Shown here piece by piece: positions 20,630 through 32,480 of a stretch of 64,000 nt of DNA (position 1 is its first letter; each line of letters opens with the position of its first letter). The stretch is from an uncultured candidatus Porisulfidus sp. GTDB taxonomy: Bacteria; Pseudomonadota; Gammaproteobacteria; Poriferisulfidales; Oxydemutatoraceae. Under the pieces are notes generated by a model. The model saw only the letters and a program-made list of their open reading frames with translations. It ran no database searches and was not told the origin of the DNA. The stretch is from the NCBI GenBank assembly GCA_965215125.1, contig OZ244052.1, positions 1,088,001 through 1,152,000 of the forward strand. The letters run 5' to 3'. A program made the translations under genes and the position numbers.

Positions 20630-21796
20630 ATGAACCTTCACGAATATCAGGCAAAAGCACTTTTGCAAAAAAACGGTATTAAAATTGCTGCCGCAAGACT
20701 CGCCTATAGCCCTGCTCAGGCGGTTGCCGGCTATAGAGAGATCGGAACCCCGACTTGTGCGGTTAAAGCCCAAATCCATTCCGGAGCGCGCGGCAAAGCC
20801 GGAGGCATCAAAGTCTGTTACAGCGAAGAGGAAATACGCAAGTTCGTCAACAACATTTTGGGAACCTATTTGGTCACCCATCAGACCGGCCCGCAAGGGA
20901 AAACCGTCGAGAAAATCTATATAGAGGCGGGAACCGATATCGGTCGCGAACTTTATCTGGCTTTCGTGCTGGATCGTGCAACCGAACGTATCGTTGCGAT
21001 CGCCTCGGCAGTCGGCGGCATGGACATAGAAGAACTTGCCGAAAGCCAACCCGAGACGATTATTCGCTCACCTATTGATCCGGCAATCGGCATGCAGCCT
21101 TTTCAAGCGCGTGAATTGGCATTCGCGCTTGATATCCCTAAGCCGCTACTCAAAGAAGCAATTAAATTATTCATCAACTGCTATAAAACCTTCGTGCAGA
21201 GCGATGCCAATCTGTTGGAAATCAATCCGCTGGTCGTCACTCAATCGGAAGACAAATTGGTGCCGGTGGATGCCAAACTCGCGGTTGACGACAATGCTTT
21301 ATACAAACACCCGGAAATTTCTCAAATGCGCGATAAATCGCAGGAAGACCCCCGCGAAACCAATGCCTCGGAACACGATCTGAGCTATGTCGGATTGGAG
21401 GGAAACATCGGCTGCATGATCAACGGCGCAGGACTTGCGATGGCAACGATGGATATGATCAAATACGCCGGCGGCGAGCCGGCAAACTTTTTAGACATCG
21501 GCGGCGGTGCCTCGCCGGAGCGAGTTGCTAAAGCATTCGAGTTGGTTTTAGAAGATAAAAATGTCAAGTCTATGCTGGTCAATATCTACGCCGGCATCAA
21601 TCGCTGCGATTGGATTGCCGAAGGCTTGATTAAAGCAATCAAATCCATAGAACTCAACGTGCCTTTGGTGGTGCGTTTGTCGGGAACCAATGTGGAGCAA
21701 GGTCAACAAATGCTCAAAGAAAGCGGTTTGCCGGTTATCTCTGCGTATACTCTGGGTGAGGCGGCGGAGAAAGCGGTTGCTGCAACAAAATCATAA
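20630..21796 (+). CDS. mtkA: Malate-CoA ligase beta subunit (SucC-like)
   Basis: MNLHEYQAK, GARGKAGG, NGAGLAMATMD, NIYAGINRCDWIA; adjacent to mcl. Confidence 0.85.
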   Translation: MNLHEYQAKALLQKNGIKIAAARLAYSPAQAVAGYREIGTPTCAVKAQIHSGARGKAGGIKVCYSEEEIRKFVNNILGTYLVTHQTGPQGKTVEKIYIEAGTDIGRELYLAFVLDRATERIVAIASAVGGMDIEELAESQPETIIRSPIDPAIGMQPFQARELAFALDIPKPLLKEAIKLFINCYKTFVQSDANLLEINPLVVTQSEDKLVPVDAKLAVDDNALYKHPEISQMRDKSQEDPRETNASEHDLSYVGLEGNIGCMINGAGLAMATMDMIKYAGGEPANFLDIGGGASPERVAKAFELVLEDKNVKSMLVNIYAGINRCDWIAEGLIKAIKSIELNVPLVVRLSGTNVEQGQQMLKESGLPVISAYTLGEAAEKAVAATKS

Positions 21797-21805
21797 GGAA
21801 ACATC

Positions 21806-22693
21806 ATGGCAATACTACTAGACGAAAAAACCAAAGTTATAGTGCAGGGAATTACCGGCAAGATCGGTAGTTTTCATACTAAAGAGATGGTTGCCTACGG
21901 CACCAATGTCGTCGGCGGTGTCACCCCCGGCAAGGGAAGTACTACATACCTCGACTTGCCGGTCTTCGATACCGTCAAGCAAGCGGTAGAACAAACCGGT
22001 GCCGAGGCGAGTGTTTTATTCGTTCCCGCTGCCGCCGCTGCCGATTCTCTGATGGAAGCCACCGACGGTGGCATCAAATATGCCGTTGCCATTACCGACG
22101 GGATACCCGCTTTGGATATGATGCGCGTTAAGCGTTTTATGCGCCGTTATAAAGAAACCAAAAAAATGATTCTCACCGGACCGAATTGTGCAGGAACGAT
22201 TAGCCCGGGCAAAGCAATGATGGGGATTATGCCCGGACACATTTATATGCCCGGCGATGTCGGTGTGGTTGCACGCTCGGGTACACTCGGCTATGAAGCC
22301 GCCTCACAAATGAAAGCGGTAAACATCGGTATCACGACCAGCGTCGGCATCGGCGGCGATCCGATTAACGGTAGTTCGCATCGCGACATACTGGAAATGT
22401 TTGAAGCCGATCCCGAGACCAAGGCGGTGATGATGATCGGTGAAATCGGCGGACCCCAAGAAGCGGAAGCGGCGGAGTTTATCAAATCGGAAATGAGCAA
22501 ACCGGTGGTCGCTTATATCGCCGGAATGACCGCACCCAAAGGACGACGGATGGGACACGCCGGTGCAATCGTTTCCGGCAAAGGAGAAAGTGCCGACGAG
22601 AAAGTCGAAATCTTGCAAGAAGCCGGCGTGGCAATCGCGCCGAATCCATCCGAGCTCGGTTCTACGATGGCCGAGGTTATGAAAAAGCTATAA
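21806..22693 (+). CDS. mtkB: Malate-CoA ligase alpha subunit (SucD-like)
   Basis: QGITGKIG, GPNCAG, RSGTLGYE, RMGHAGA. Confidence 0.85.
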   Translation: MAILLDEKTKVIVQGITGKIGSFHTKEMVAYGTNVVGGVTPGKGSTTYLDLPVFDTVKQAVEQTGAEASVLFVPAAAAADSLMEATDGGIKYAVAITDGIPALDMMRVKRFMRRYKETKKMILTGPNCAGTISPGKAMMGIMPGHIYMPGDVGVVARSGTLGYEAASQMKAVNIGITTSVGIGGDPINGSSHRDILEMFEADPETKAVMMIGEIGGPQEAEAAEFIKSEMSKPVVAYIAGMTAPKGRRMGHAGAIVSGKGESADEKVEILQEAGVAIAPNPSELGSTMAEVMKKL

Positions 22694-22705
22694 ACAAAGG
22701 AAAGA

Positions 22706-23686
22706 TTGATGAGTAAAACCGTAGTCGTAACCCGACGTTGGCCGGAAGTTGTGGAACAAGAACTTAAAACGATGTGCGACGATGTGCATCTAAACGAAGA
22801 TGACCGTCCCATGTCCAAAGACGAGCTCAAAGCGGCACTGGCAAACGCGGAGTGTGTGTTGCCGACGGTGACCGATCCCATTGATGCCGAAGTACTCGGC
22901 ATTGATAATATGGCGTGCCGTTTTCTTGGCAATTTCGGCGTCGGCTTTAATCACATAGATTTAGAAGCTGCTAAAAAAGCGAATGTCGCAGTTAGCAATA
23001 CTCCCGAAGTGCTGACCGATTGTACTGCCGATATCGCAATGGTCTTGATGTTGATGGTTGCCCGCCGTACCGGAGAGGGCGAACGGCACCTGCGTACCGG
23101 TGCGTGGAGCGGGTGGCGTCCGACCCACATGATGGGGACGAAGGTGACCGGCAAAACTCTAGGATTGGTCGGCTTCGGGCGGATTGCCCAAGCAGTGGCT
23201 CAAAGGGCACACCACGGTTTCGGAATGAAGATAACTTTCAGCGACCCGGCCATGGACCGCATTCCGCAGCAAGCCATCGATGCCGTTTCGGCAATCCCGT
23301 GCGATTCCCTTGAAGAATTGATGTCTAGTGCGGACTTTATCTCACTGCATTGCCCGGGCGGTAAAGCAACCTATCATTTAATAAACACCGAGCGACTTTC
23401 TTTGATGAAACCGTCGGCTTTTATTATCAACACCGCACGAGGCGATGTAATAGATAATCAGGCACTAATCGCGGCGCTGAAAGAAAAAACCATTGCCGGT
23501 GCAGGCTTAGATGTCTACGAAGGAGAGCCCGAACTAGACCCCGGATTTTTGGGCTTGGAAAATATCGTGTTGCTTCCTCATCTGGGAAGTGCTTCTCTGG
23601 AGACTCGCATCGCAATGGGTCGCCGTGTACTGCAAAACCTAAAAGCCTATCTGGCAGGAGAGCCTTTACCCGACAAAGTGGTTTGA
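22706..23686 (+). CDS. D-2-hydroxyacid dehydrogenase (glyoxylate/hydroxypyruvate reductase)
   Basis: GVGFNHID, GFGRIA, INTARG, GLDVYEGEP, LPHLGS. Confidence 0.9.
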   Translation: MMSKTVVVTRRWPEVVEQELKTMCDDVHLNEDDRPMSKDELKAALANAECVLPTVTDPIDAEVLGIDNMACRFLGNFGVGFNHIDLEAAKKANVAVSNTPEVLTDCTADIAMVLMLMVARRTGEGERHLRTGAWSGWRPTHMMGTKVTGKTLGLVGFGRIAQAVAQRAHHGFGMKITFSDPAMDRIPQQAIDAVSAIPCDSLEELMSSADFISLHCPGGKATYHLINTERLSLMKPSAFIINTARGDVIDNQALIAALKEKTIAGAGLDVYEGEPELDPGFLGLENIVLLPHLGSASLETRIAMGRRVLQNLKAYLAGEPLPDKVV

Positions 23687-23699
23687 TCGAGACGCGTAG

Positions 23700-24734
23700 A
23701 TGAAGTTATCTGCGCTTAGCAGACAAAGCATGCTATGGTGGCGTTTTATCAAGTTAAGTGTTCTAGCCATATGGATGATTTTAGTTGTCACTCTAAAAAT
23801 TCAAGGCAATAGAACAAAAATAGCACGTATTCTGCATAGATTTTCATTGTTTGCTCGTCTATTCCGTCGTCAATTCTTAAACAAAGATTTTCTTGATCGT
23901 AAATGCATAATCGTGAATTATGAAGATTATCGTCCTGTAGGTTCGTCTTTAGATGGACTCGTTGCTTTTGCATGGATCTGTGAAAAAATGAAAATTAATG
24001 TAAGGATCAAAAAACCCACCAACATGATATGGAGACATTTTGAAAACGATAATCCAATCAATATAACAGACGAATTAAAGCATAAATTGCAGTCTTCCGA
24101 GCAAAAGAAATTTTTCGAAAACAAAATTGCGTATTTTGGGATTTTTTTCATTTCTTCGGTGTACGGGCATAAAATACTATCGAAACTTGCGATAAACAGA
24201 CATCTTAAAAAATGTGCCGACCAATGGGTTGACGATAATATCAAAGGGGATTGGGTTGCCGTCCATTACCGTGGCACAGACACTACAAAAAGAAAATGTC
24301 GGTACAGATATAGAATATCTCTTGACCCGTATATTGTTTATCTAAAAGGGGTGATAGGTGATGAATACAGTATTTTCGCATGTTCGGATCAGGCACAGTT
24401 TATTGATAAAATGCACTTGGCTTTTCCGGGCAGAGTGTTTTCAAGAGATATTGAACGCTCTCATAATGAACTTCCCATACATAAACACGATATTCTCTCG
24501 AGACTGAGAGACAAAACTGATAATTTTGACCAAGAGAAAGATGCGCTGATAGATCTTTTGATTTTAACAAAAAGCGAACTTATATATACTACAGGTTCCG
24601 GATTTGTAGACGTTACGCGATATTTCAATCCACGAATTAAAATTATATCGCTAGACCAAAGAAAAATAGGACGAGGTAGAAATAATGTGCCTATCCCTAG
24701 AAAGGATTTATTTAATAGGCTTTGTAGACCTTGA
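23700..24734 (+). CDS. NodZ/GT23-like fucosyltransferase
   Basis: N-terminal hydrophobic segment; AVHYRGTD, IFACSD, ALIDLLIL..SGF; AT-richer than its neighbours. Confidence 0.65.
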   Translation: MKLSALSRQSMLWWRFIKLSVLAIWMILVVTLKIQGNRTKIARILHRFSLFARLFRRQFLNKDFLDRKCIIVNYEDYRPVGSSLDGLVAFAWICEKMKINVRIKKPTNMIWRHFENDNPINITDELKHKLQSSEQKKFFENKIAYFGIFFISSVYGHKILSKLAINRHLKKCADQWVDDNIKGDWVAVHYRGTDTTKRKCRYRYRISLDPYIVYLKGVIGDEYSIFACSDQAQFIDKMHLAFPGRVFSRDIERSHNELPIHKHDILSRLRDKTDNFDQEKDALIDLLILTKSELIYTTGSGFVDVTRYFNPRIKIISLDQRKIGRGRNNVPIPRKDLFNRLCRP

Positions 24735-24809
24735 CTTGCTTCAAAAAAACGATAGAGAAACTACATCCTTGTAATTCCTCTATCATCTCATCATGAAAAA
24801 GTTCTGCTA

Positions 24810-26451
<1,642 letters not shown>

Positions 26452-26508
26452 TTAATTTATCAATGGGAGGAATTATAACATAAATTATAATAATTACAAT
26501 TATAAATA

Positions 26509-26596
26509 TAGAACCGCCGGTTGAGCCAGTAGGTCAACCGGCGTAACCCTGTGCAGAACCTTTGTAACCACTTCGTCAGGCTTCGCCTGCTACCCT
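26509..26596. repeat. Family B hairpin followed by the left half of an inverted family A REP
   Basis: AGAACCGCCGGTTGA..TCAACCGGCGTAAC, then ACCACTTCGTCAGGCTTCGCCTGCTACCC; the right half (AAGGAGGGGAAT) resumes near 31334. Confidence 0.7.
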
Positions 26597-28903
26597 AGAT
26601 AATATGGATGACCAGCTTTGCTGAAAGGTGGTTAAACTTTCATTTTAGTTCCCCTCTTAAGAGGGGTTTAATCCACTACTAAACAAAGGAGGTCATCCAT
26701 GACTAGTATACTGTATGTTGGCATTGATGTTGATGATAAGAGTTTCACTGCCACAGCCATTTCTAAACACAATAATTATCATTCCATTAAAACGCGTCCG
26801 GACTTTGCATCACTGCATAAGGCAATCACCAAAGTCGCTTTGCCGTATAAACAGATTAGGGTCTGTTATGAAGCAAGCTATTTAGGCTTTTCGTTAAAGC
26901 GACAATTTGATGCGGTGGGCATTCACTGCGATGTGATTGCGCCGTCGCTGATCCCGGTGCGTCCCTCGGATCGCATCAAGACTGATCGTTTAGATAGCGT
27001 TAAGCTGGCTGAATACTACCGACAAGGTATGTTGAAAATCGTCCACGATATTGATACTGAGAGCGAAGGTCACCGACAACTCATTCGTGGACGCCAACAA
27101 GTGGTCAACACCTGCAAGATCTATAAACTGCAGATTTTGTCGTCGTGCCGTTATCGCGGGATTAGTTATCGCACCAGTATGCAGGCCAAGAGCTATTGGA
27201 CGAAGCAACACATAGCATTCTTAAAGCGGTTGCTAGGCGACGACAGTTTAGATAAGTATTTCCGCCTCGATTTAGAGAACAAGTTATATCTATTGGAGAC
27301 GCAACAAGGGGTTATCAGACGCCATGAGAACGATATACATCAGTTAGCGATATCCGAGCCGTATCGTCGGGCGGTCGGCTATTTATGTTGTATCAGAGGC
27401 ATTGCCGAGTTGATTGCGATGACGCTGATTGTTGAGATTGGCGACATCGGTCGGTTTGTCAAGGTGCGTCATCTGGCCGGTTATGCCGGCTTGAGTATCA
27501 GTGAGTATAGTTCCGGTGGCAAGAGTCGCAAAGGGGGTATTACCGGGATGGGCAACAAATGCATCCGCACGGCGTGCGTGGAAGCCTGCCACCCTAATTC
27601 CGCAATAGACCACCTGCAAAAGTCCGTAATCTCTTATGTTGCAACACTCTCATGCATATTCCCAATTCACCCATTAGGTGAAACATAATTATTACTAATT
27701 TTTTACATAAAACTCTGTACAACGCCTTATTTTTTTGTTACTATTTACCAATTAATAACTTCGGAGGTATTATGTCAAAACAAAAAAATCAGCACAATCA
27801 ATCATCGTATACGCTAGCTACCACCCACCAGAAATTGACCTCTCGTTGTGGTTTGTTGGCATTGATTAAAGTGCTCAAAGCACTACAACTTAAGCCACAA
27901 GCAGACACTGTGTTTGCGGCACCGGGTAGCAATCGTGGCTACCGCAATGGCGACATTCTAACGAGCTTCATCTTGATGCTCAACGAGGGTGCGAGATGCC
28001 TTGAGGATGTCTGCCATTTACACACCGAAAGGGTGTTGCTTAAGCTGGGAGGTATTAACAAGATACCGGGAGCAGACACTTTGGCGAGGTGGTTGAAACG
28101 CCATGGTCAAGCCGGTGCCGGTTTAGTTCACCAGCTCAATCGCACGGTGATTGCCAAGACCCTGAAGTTGTGGAAAGTAAAGCATGTGACTTTGGATATT
28201 GATGCGACTACTATTTTGACCGAGAAAGTCGGTGCTAAATGGACGCGTTTTAAGGAGCGTGGTTTCATGCTAATGGTCGGCACGCTAGCTGAAGTGGGTC
28301 AAGTCATCGCCGTTGAGTTGCGCCACGGCAATGTCTCCCCGAACTTTGATAATATCGGTTTCATCAAGACCTGCCAAGCACAGTTGCCGAGTGGCGTAAT
28401 ACTCAAGCGGGTGCGTATCGACTCGGCAGGGTATCAACAAGCAATCATTGAATATCTAGTAGCTCAAGGAATAGAGTTTGTTATTCGTGCGCCGATGTAC
28501 CCGTCAATAGCGCAAGCGATTGCTGGTCTGTCGGGAAGCAGACTGGCGACCATTGCGATTAAGCGACGGCAGTTTATCACCCCACGACTATGTGGCTCGC
28601 TGCACTTATCAGATGTATCGCAGCAACCTCGTATTTACGCTAGTCATTCAACGCCGCCTCAAGAGCGAAGCCGCCCGACAGTCTAACCAACCGGAGTTGT
28701 CGGGACTGTCTGAACAGCTGCGCTATCAACCCGACAAGTATGACTATCGTGTGATTGCGACTAACATCAACGGGCTAGACGATGCACAGATTGTACATGA
28801 GTATAATCAACGCGGTGAGCATTCCGAAAACCGCATTAAAGAACTCAAATCGGATTTTGTTGCCGGTCGTTTGCCGTGTAGTGATTTTGCTGCCAATGCT
28901 CTG

Positions 28904-30035
28904 TGTACAATGCCAGATACATATTGGACTCTTTAGAACCTAATCTTTCCACTAGGAAAAGTACTTTTCCTAGTGGAAAGATACCTCTTAAATCAAAGTA
29001 GCCGACATGCAAAACCAGCACATCGGCTACCGCATTACAGGTTTTTATAAAATAGCCTCTTTTTCCAACAAAACGGAGGCTATGATGGCAACAGATGCCA
29101 AACAAAAACTTAATGCACTAGAATTTTGGAACAAACACGGCTTAAACGCAACCCAAGACTTTGTCGGGGTGAGCCGTTCCACCCTATACCGCTGGAAAAA
29201 GTGCTTTGACGAGGGCGGTGTATCCGCTTTGCGAGACGCAAGTAAAGCACCTCGGCAGCGTCGTCGCCGTAATTGGTCTACTCACATCAGCGATGAGATT
29301 AGGCGACTGCGACACAGCTATCCGAATATGGGTGCGCCGAAGATTTACTACTTCTTAAAGCCGTGGTGTGATGCACGGGAACTGCAGTGTCCGAAGCCTC
29401 GCACCATTGCTCGGTTGATTGCCGATGCATCGGACAACATGCGTTGTTCGCCCTCTAAGAAAACACACAAACGCAAGGTTTCTCAACCACGCAACCGTCT
29501 CGGCAAAGATGCCAAAGCGCAATTTCCCGGACACTGCGTGGCTATGGATACCATCCATTATTTCGTTGATCGGACACGCTATTATCTGTTCACTGCGATT
29601 GACCACTACAGCCGTTTCGCCGTTGCCGTCGCCTGCCGACGTGCCCACAGTAAAAATGCTGCGACATTCGCAAGATTGGTGGACACGGTATTCCCCGGCA
29701 ACCTCTCTCAAGTACTGACCGACAACGGCAGCGAGTTTGCCGGCGACTTCGAGGCTTATCTACAACAACACAACATTAAACACTGTTATACTTATCCTCG
29801 TTGCCCGAAAATGAATGCCGTAGACGAGAGATTTAACCGCACCATTCAGGAGGAGTTTGTAACACATCATGAGGATATTTTAGTGACCGATTTAGCACAA
29901 TTTAACGATGTATTATTTGAATATCTCGGGCGGTATAACTTCAGGAGACCGCACCAAAGTCTAGCCTATAAAACACCGGCACAACAGCTCGCTTCCTTTT
30001 GCCCCCATTTGTCCAATATGTCATGGCATCGTACA
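28904..30035 (+). mobile_element. IS481-family element
   Basis: TGT..ACA ends; IRs TGTACAATGCCAGATACATATTGGAC / GTCCAATATGTCATGGCATCGTACA; duplication CTCTG at 28899-28903 and 30036-30040. Confidence 0.88.
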
Positions 30036-30062
30036 CTCTGTATGTTTGTGTGTGTGCTTTAG
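29007..30062 (+). CDS. IS481-like integrase-core transposase
   Basis: HTH (GVSRSTLYRW), MDT, TDNGSEF, ERFNRTIQEE, RPHQSL. Confidence 0.9.
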   Translation: MQNQHIGYRITGFYKIASFSNKTEAMMATDAKQKLNALEFWNKHGLNATQDFVGVSRSTLYRWKKCFDEGGVSALRDASKAPRQRRRRNWSTHISDEIRRLRHSYPNMGAPKIYYFLKPWCDARELQCPKPRTIARLIADASDNMRCSPSKKTHKRKVSQPRNRLGKDAKAQFPGHCVAMDTIHYFVDRTRYYLFTAIDHYSRFAVAVACRRAHSKNAATFARLVDTVFPGNLSQVLTDNGSEFAGDFEAYLQQHNIKHCYTYPRCPKMNAVDERFNRTIQEEFVTHHEDILVTDLAQFNDVLFEYLGRYNFRRPHQSLAYKTPAQQLASFCPHLSNMSWHRTLCMFVCVL

Positions 30063-30879
30063 CCTACAATGTGTTCGCACTGATGCGTGCCGGCTTAGCT
30101 AAACAGTTTCGTTCCTCTAGAGCCCCGACGCTCAGGGTCCGCCTGTTTGGTTTAGCGGCGAAGATTGTACGACAGGGTCGGCAATGGAAGCTCAAACTAC
30201 ACGAAGTGCATCGTAGTTTATTGAGTGGAGTTTTCTCAGACCTTGATGAGACTATCGGCAAGCTATTGCCGGATATGCGATACCCCTTGCTACATTAACT
30301 AGCCACCTTATCTCTTCATTACTCATAAGGCATCAATCAAAGTAGATGCCATGCCCCAGCATACCCTAATACTAGAGATTAGAGTACTTTGATGCTTCAT
30401 TTAGCTCTCAATAGGAGTTTATCTCCCGTCACCGAGCAATGATGTGGCATTCAGTTTCGGGTTCAGGCGATTGCCCTGATAATTTAGCAGTAAATTATCC
30501 ATCACATGCAATTTTCATGCTCTATTGAGAAATTAGGGTGCCAGTTGGCGGGTAGACGCTATAGCGTGAATAAGGCATTGCGTGCCCGACGCACCGACCA
30601 AGACCTAGTGGCTATAGAGATAGGCGACCGTTGCATGAAGCGTTTGTATAAGAAGTATCAGGCGATGTATCATGCCAACAAACCATTCAACAAGACTAAG
30701 GTGGCGTGTGCCAGAGAGCTACTTGGTTTTGTGTGGGAAGCCTTGCGTGTTGCCCAGGCCGCTGAAAACGCATTGCACGCCGCACCGGTGGTTGAGTAAG
30801 CTCGTTAAGCAAGAGGCTGCCAGATAGAGTTCTGAGAGACCGAGGGAGTTGAAGCTAAAGTCAATGACAAGTTCCGAAC

Positions 30880-31070
30880 TTAGATGCCGTCCTAGAGTAT
30901 CTGCCCATAGAAAACTGCCAGGCGTGATGCGTGGCAAGGCAACTGACCGTAGATTAAGGGGCACAGTTCATCCAATTAACTTATCATGTGGTAATGCGAA
31001 AGCAAAGTACACGAATATGAGGTTGATAATACCGAACGACTCATTAGTTGAGTACTTTAGCGGTGCTTCG
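30880..31070 (+). ncRNA. Putative seek/bridge RNA of the IS1111-type element (boundaries approximate)
   Basis: Short segments matching the target and donor junctions flank two hairpins (see findings). Confidence 0.6.
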
Positions 31071-31363
31071 CTCTGTCTCTCTTCGGCACAGCATGATGCC
31101 GTTAACAAGGAGATAAAGCAGGTGCACGAAAGCCGCCACGACAAGTGGCGCATACATATACATGATGCATGCTTTAAGAGGGGTGGCGCATTGCTATCGC
31201 TCGCTCCTTGTTGGCATCATCTGTGCCGTCATTTAGCCCTTGAGTTCTGGTGACTCCTGGGAATGTAGTCTTCGGTAAAAATTTAATCTTGACAAGCTGG
31301 TCATCCATATGAGGGCATACGAGTCCGCCCTGCAAGGAGGGGAATAGTCAGGACAAGTTTATG

Positions 31364-31372
31364 TGCTATAAT
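31364..31372 (+). promoter_or_regulatory. Extended -10 promoter element for gmd
   Basis: TGCTATAAT ending 33 bp before the gmd ATG. Confidence 0.5.
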
Positions 31373-31405
31373 TTTTCCCTTTATTCCCCAAGCAAGTAAT
31401 TAATA

Positions 31406-32464
31406 ATGAGTAAATGCGCGTTAATCACCGGTGTCACAGGGCAAGACGGTGCCTACCTTTCCGAGTTTTTATTGGAAAAGGGGTATACCGTTCACGGCAT
31501 TAAACGGCGAACCTCTTTATTCAATACCGACCGAGTAGATCATTTATACAACAAGTTCCACGAGCACGGTAAAGGATTCAACATGCACCACGGCGATATG
31601 ACCGACTCCAGTAGCTTGGTTCATATTATAGAAAAGACAAAACCCGACGAAATATACAATATCGCTGCGCAATCTCATGTTGCCGTCTCGTTCGAGGAGC
31701 CCGAATACACCGCGAACTCGGATGCTTTGGGTCCGCTGCGCATGCTCGAGGCAATCCGCACCCTAAACATGAATAAAACGGTGCGTTATTACCAAGCCTC
31801 CACATCGGAAATGTACGGCCAATCGCCGGAAAGTCCTCAAAACGAGGATACACCGTTTCGCCCCTGCTCGCCCTACGCCGCCGCTAAATTATATGCTTAC
31901 TGGATTTCGGTTATTTATAGAGAAGCCTACGGGATTTATGCGGTCAACGGCATTTTATTTAATCATGAATCTAAAAAACGGGGTGAGACTTTCGTCACCC
32001 GTAAAATAACCCGAGCACTTGCTCGTATTAAAAATAACCTGCAAGACTATCTTGCTTTAGGCAACCTAGACGCACTGCGCGACTGGGGACACGCCCGAGA
32101 TTATGTCGAGGCGCAATGGCTCATGCTCCAGCAAGACAAACCCAAAGATTATGTAATTGCACTGGGTGAGCAACGCTCGGTGCGGGAATTCGTCGAGGTC
32201 GTCGCCGGACGCATGGATATGCAAATAGAATGGCAAGGTTCCGGGGTTGACGAGCAGGGTATAGACACTAAGACCGGAAAACTCGTTGTCAAGGTAGATC
32301 CGCGATACTTTCGGCCCTTTGAACTGGAAGCCTTAAAAGGTGATGCCGTCCGTGCGCGCGCCGAACTAGGCTGGCAACCCAAAATCACTTTTGACGAACT
32401 CGTAGACGAGATGGTAGAAGAAGATCTGAGGCTCGCAAAGTTTGAAAAACTCTCCCAACAATAA
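31406..32464 (+). CDS. gmd: GDP-mannose 4,6-dehydratase
   Basis: [42 protein letters not shown]. Confidence 0.97.
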   Translation: MSKCALITGVTGQDGAYLSEFLLEKGYTVHGIKRRTSLFNTDRVDHLYNKFHEHGKGFNMHHGDMTDSSSLVHIIEKTKPDEIYNIAAQSHVAVSFEEPEYTANSDALGPLRMLEAIRTLNMNKTVRYYQASTSEMYGQSPESPQNEDTPFRPCSPYAAAKLYAYWISVIYREAYGIYAVNGILFNHESKKRGETFVTRKITRALARIKNNLQDYLALGNLDALRDWGHARDYVEAQWLMLQQDKPKDYVIALGEQRSVREFVEVVAGRMDMQIEWQGSGVDEQGIDTKTGKLVVKVDPRYFRPFELEALKGDAVRARAELGWQPKITFDELVDEMVEEDLRLAKFEKLSQQ

Positions 32465-32480
32465 CCCTGTAACATCACCG

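Larger units (their letters stand above)
27772..30298 (+). pseudogene. IS1380 DDE transposase, frameshifted near 28535 and split by IS481
   Basis: TLDIDAT, RIDSAGY, YNQRGEHSENRIKELK; removing the insert restores FAANAL|YVCVCALAYN. Confidence 0.88.
27592..30538 (+). mobile_element. IS1380-family element
   Basis: IRs CCCTAATTCCGCAATAG / CTATTGAGAAATTAGGG (15/17 match); 5-bp duplication TGCCA at 27587-27591 and 30539-30543. Confidence 0.9.
26699..30799 (+). pseudogene. IS1111/IS110 DEDD recombinase split by the IS1380 insertion (parts 26699-27591 and 30544-30799)
   Basis: GIDVD, YEAS, KTDRLDS, YSSGG; removing the insert restores ...CVEAC|QLAGRR...ACARELLGFVW. Confidence 0.9.
26597..31313 (+). 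mobile_element. IS1111-type (IS110 superfamily) element interrupted by nested ISs
   Basis: Perfect sub-terminal IR ATATGGATGACCAGCTT (26602-26618) / AAGCTGGTCATCCATAT (31294-31310); AG core at both junctions; long non-coding region downstream of the recombinase. Confidence 0.9.

Noticed and set aside
20630-22693. Annotation as TCA-cycle sucCD
   Set aside because: The context with mcl and sga and the GARGKAGG and AGINRCDW variants favour malate thiokinase; not fully excluded.
26509-26562. Family B hairpins as integron attC sites
   Set aside because: There are no consistent RYYYAAC/GTTRRRY ends, they flank core genes, and no integron integrase is present.
30719-31253. ORFs downstream of the IS1111 recombinase
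   Set aside because: No recognisable motifs; the region is better explained as the element's non-coding RNA region.
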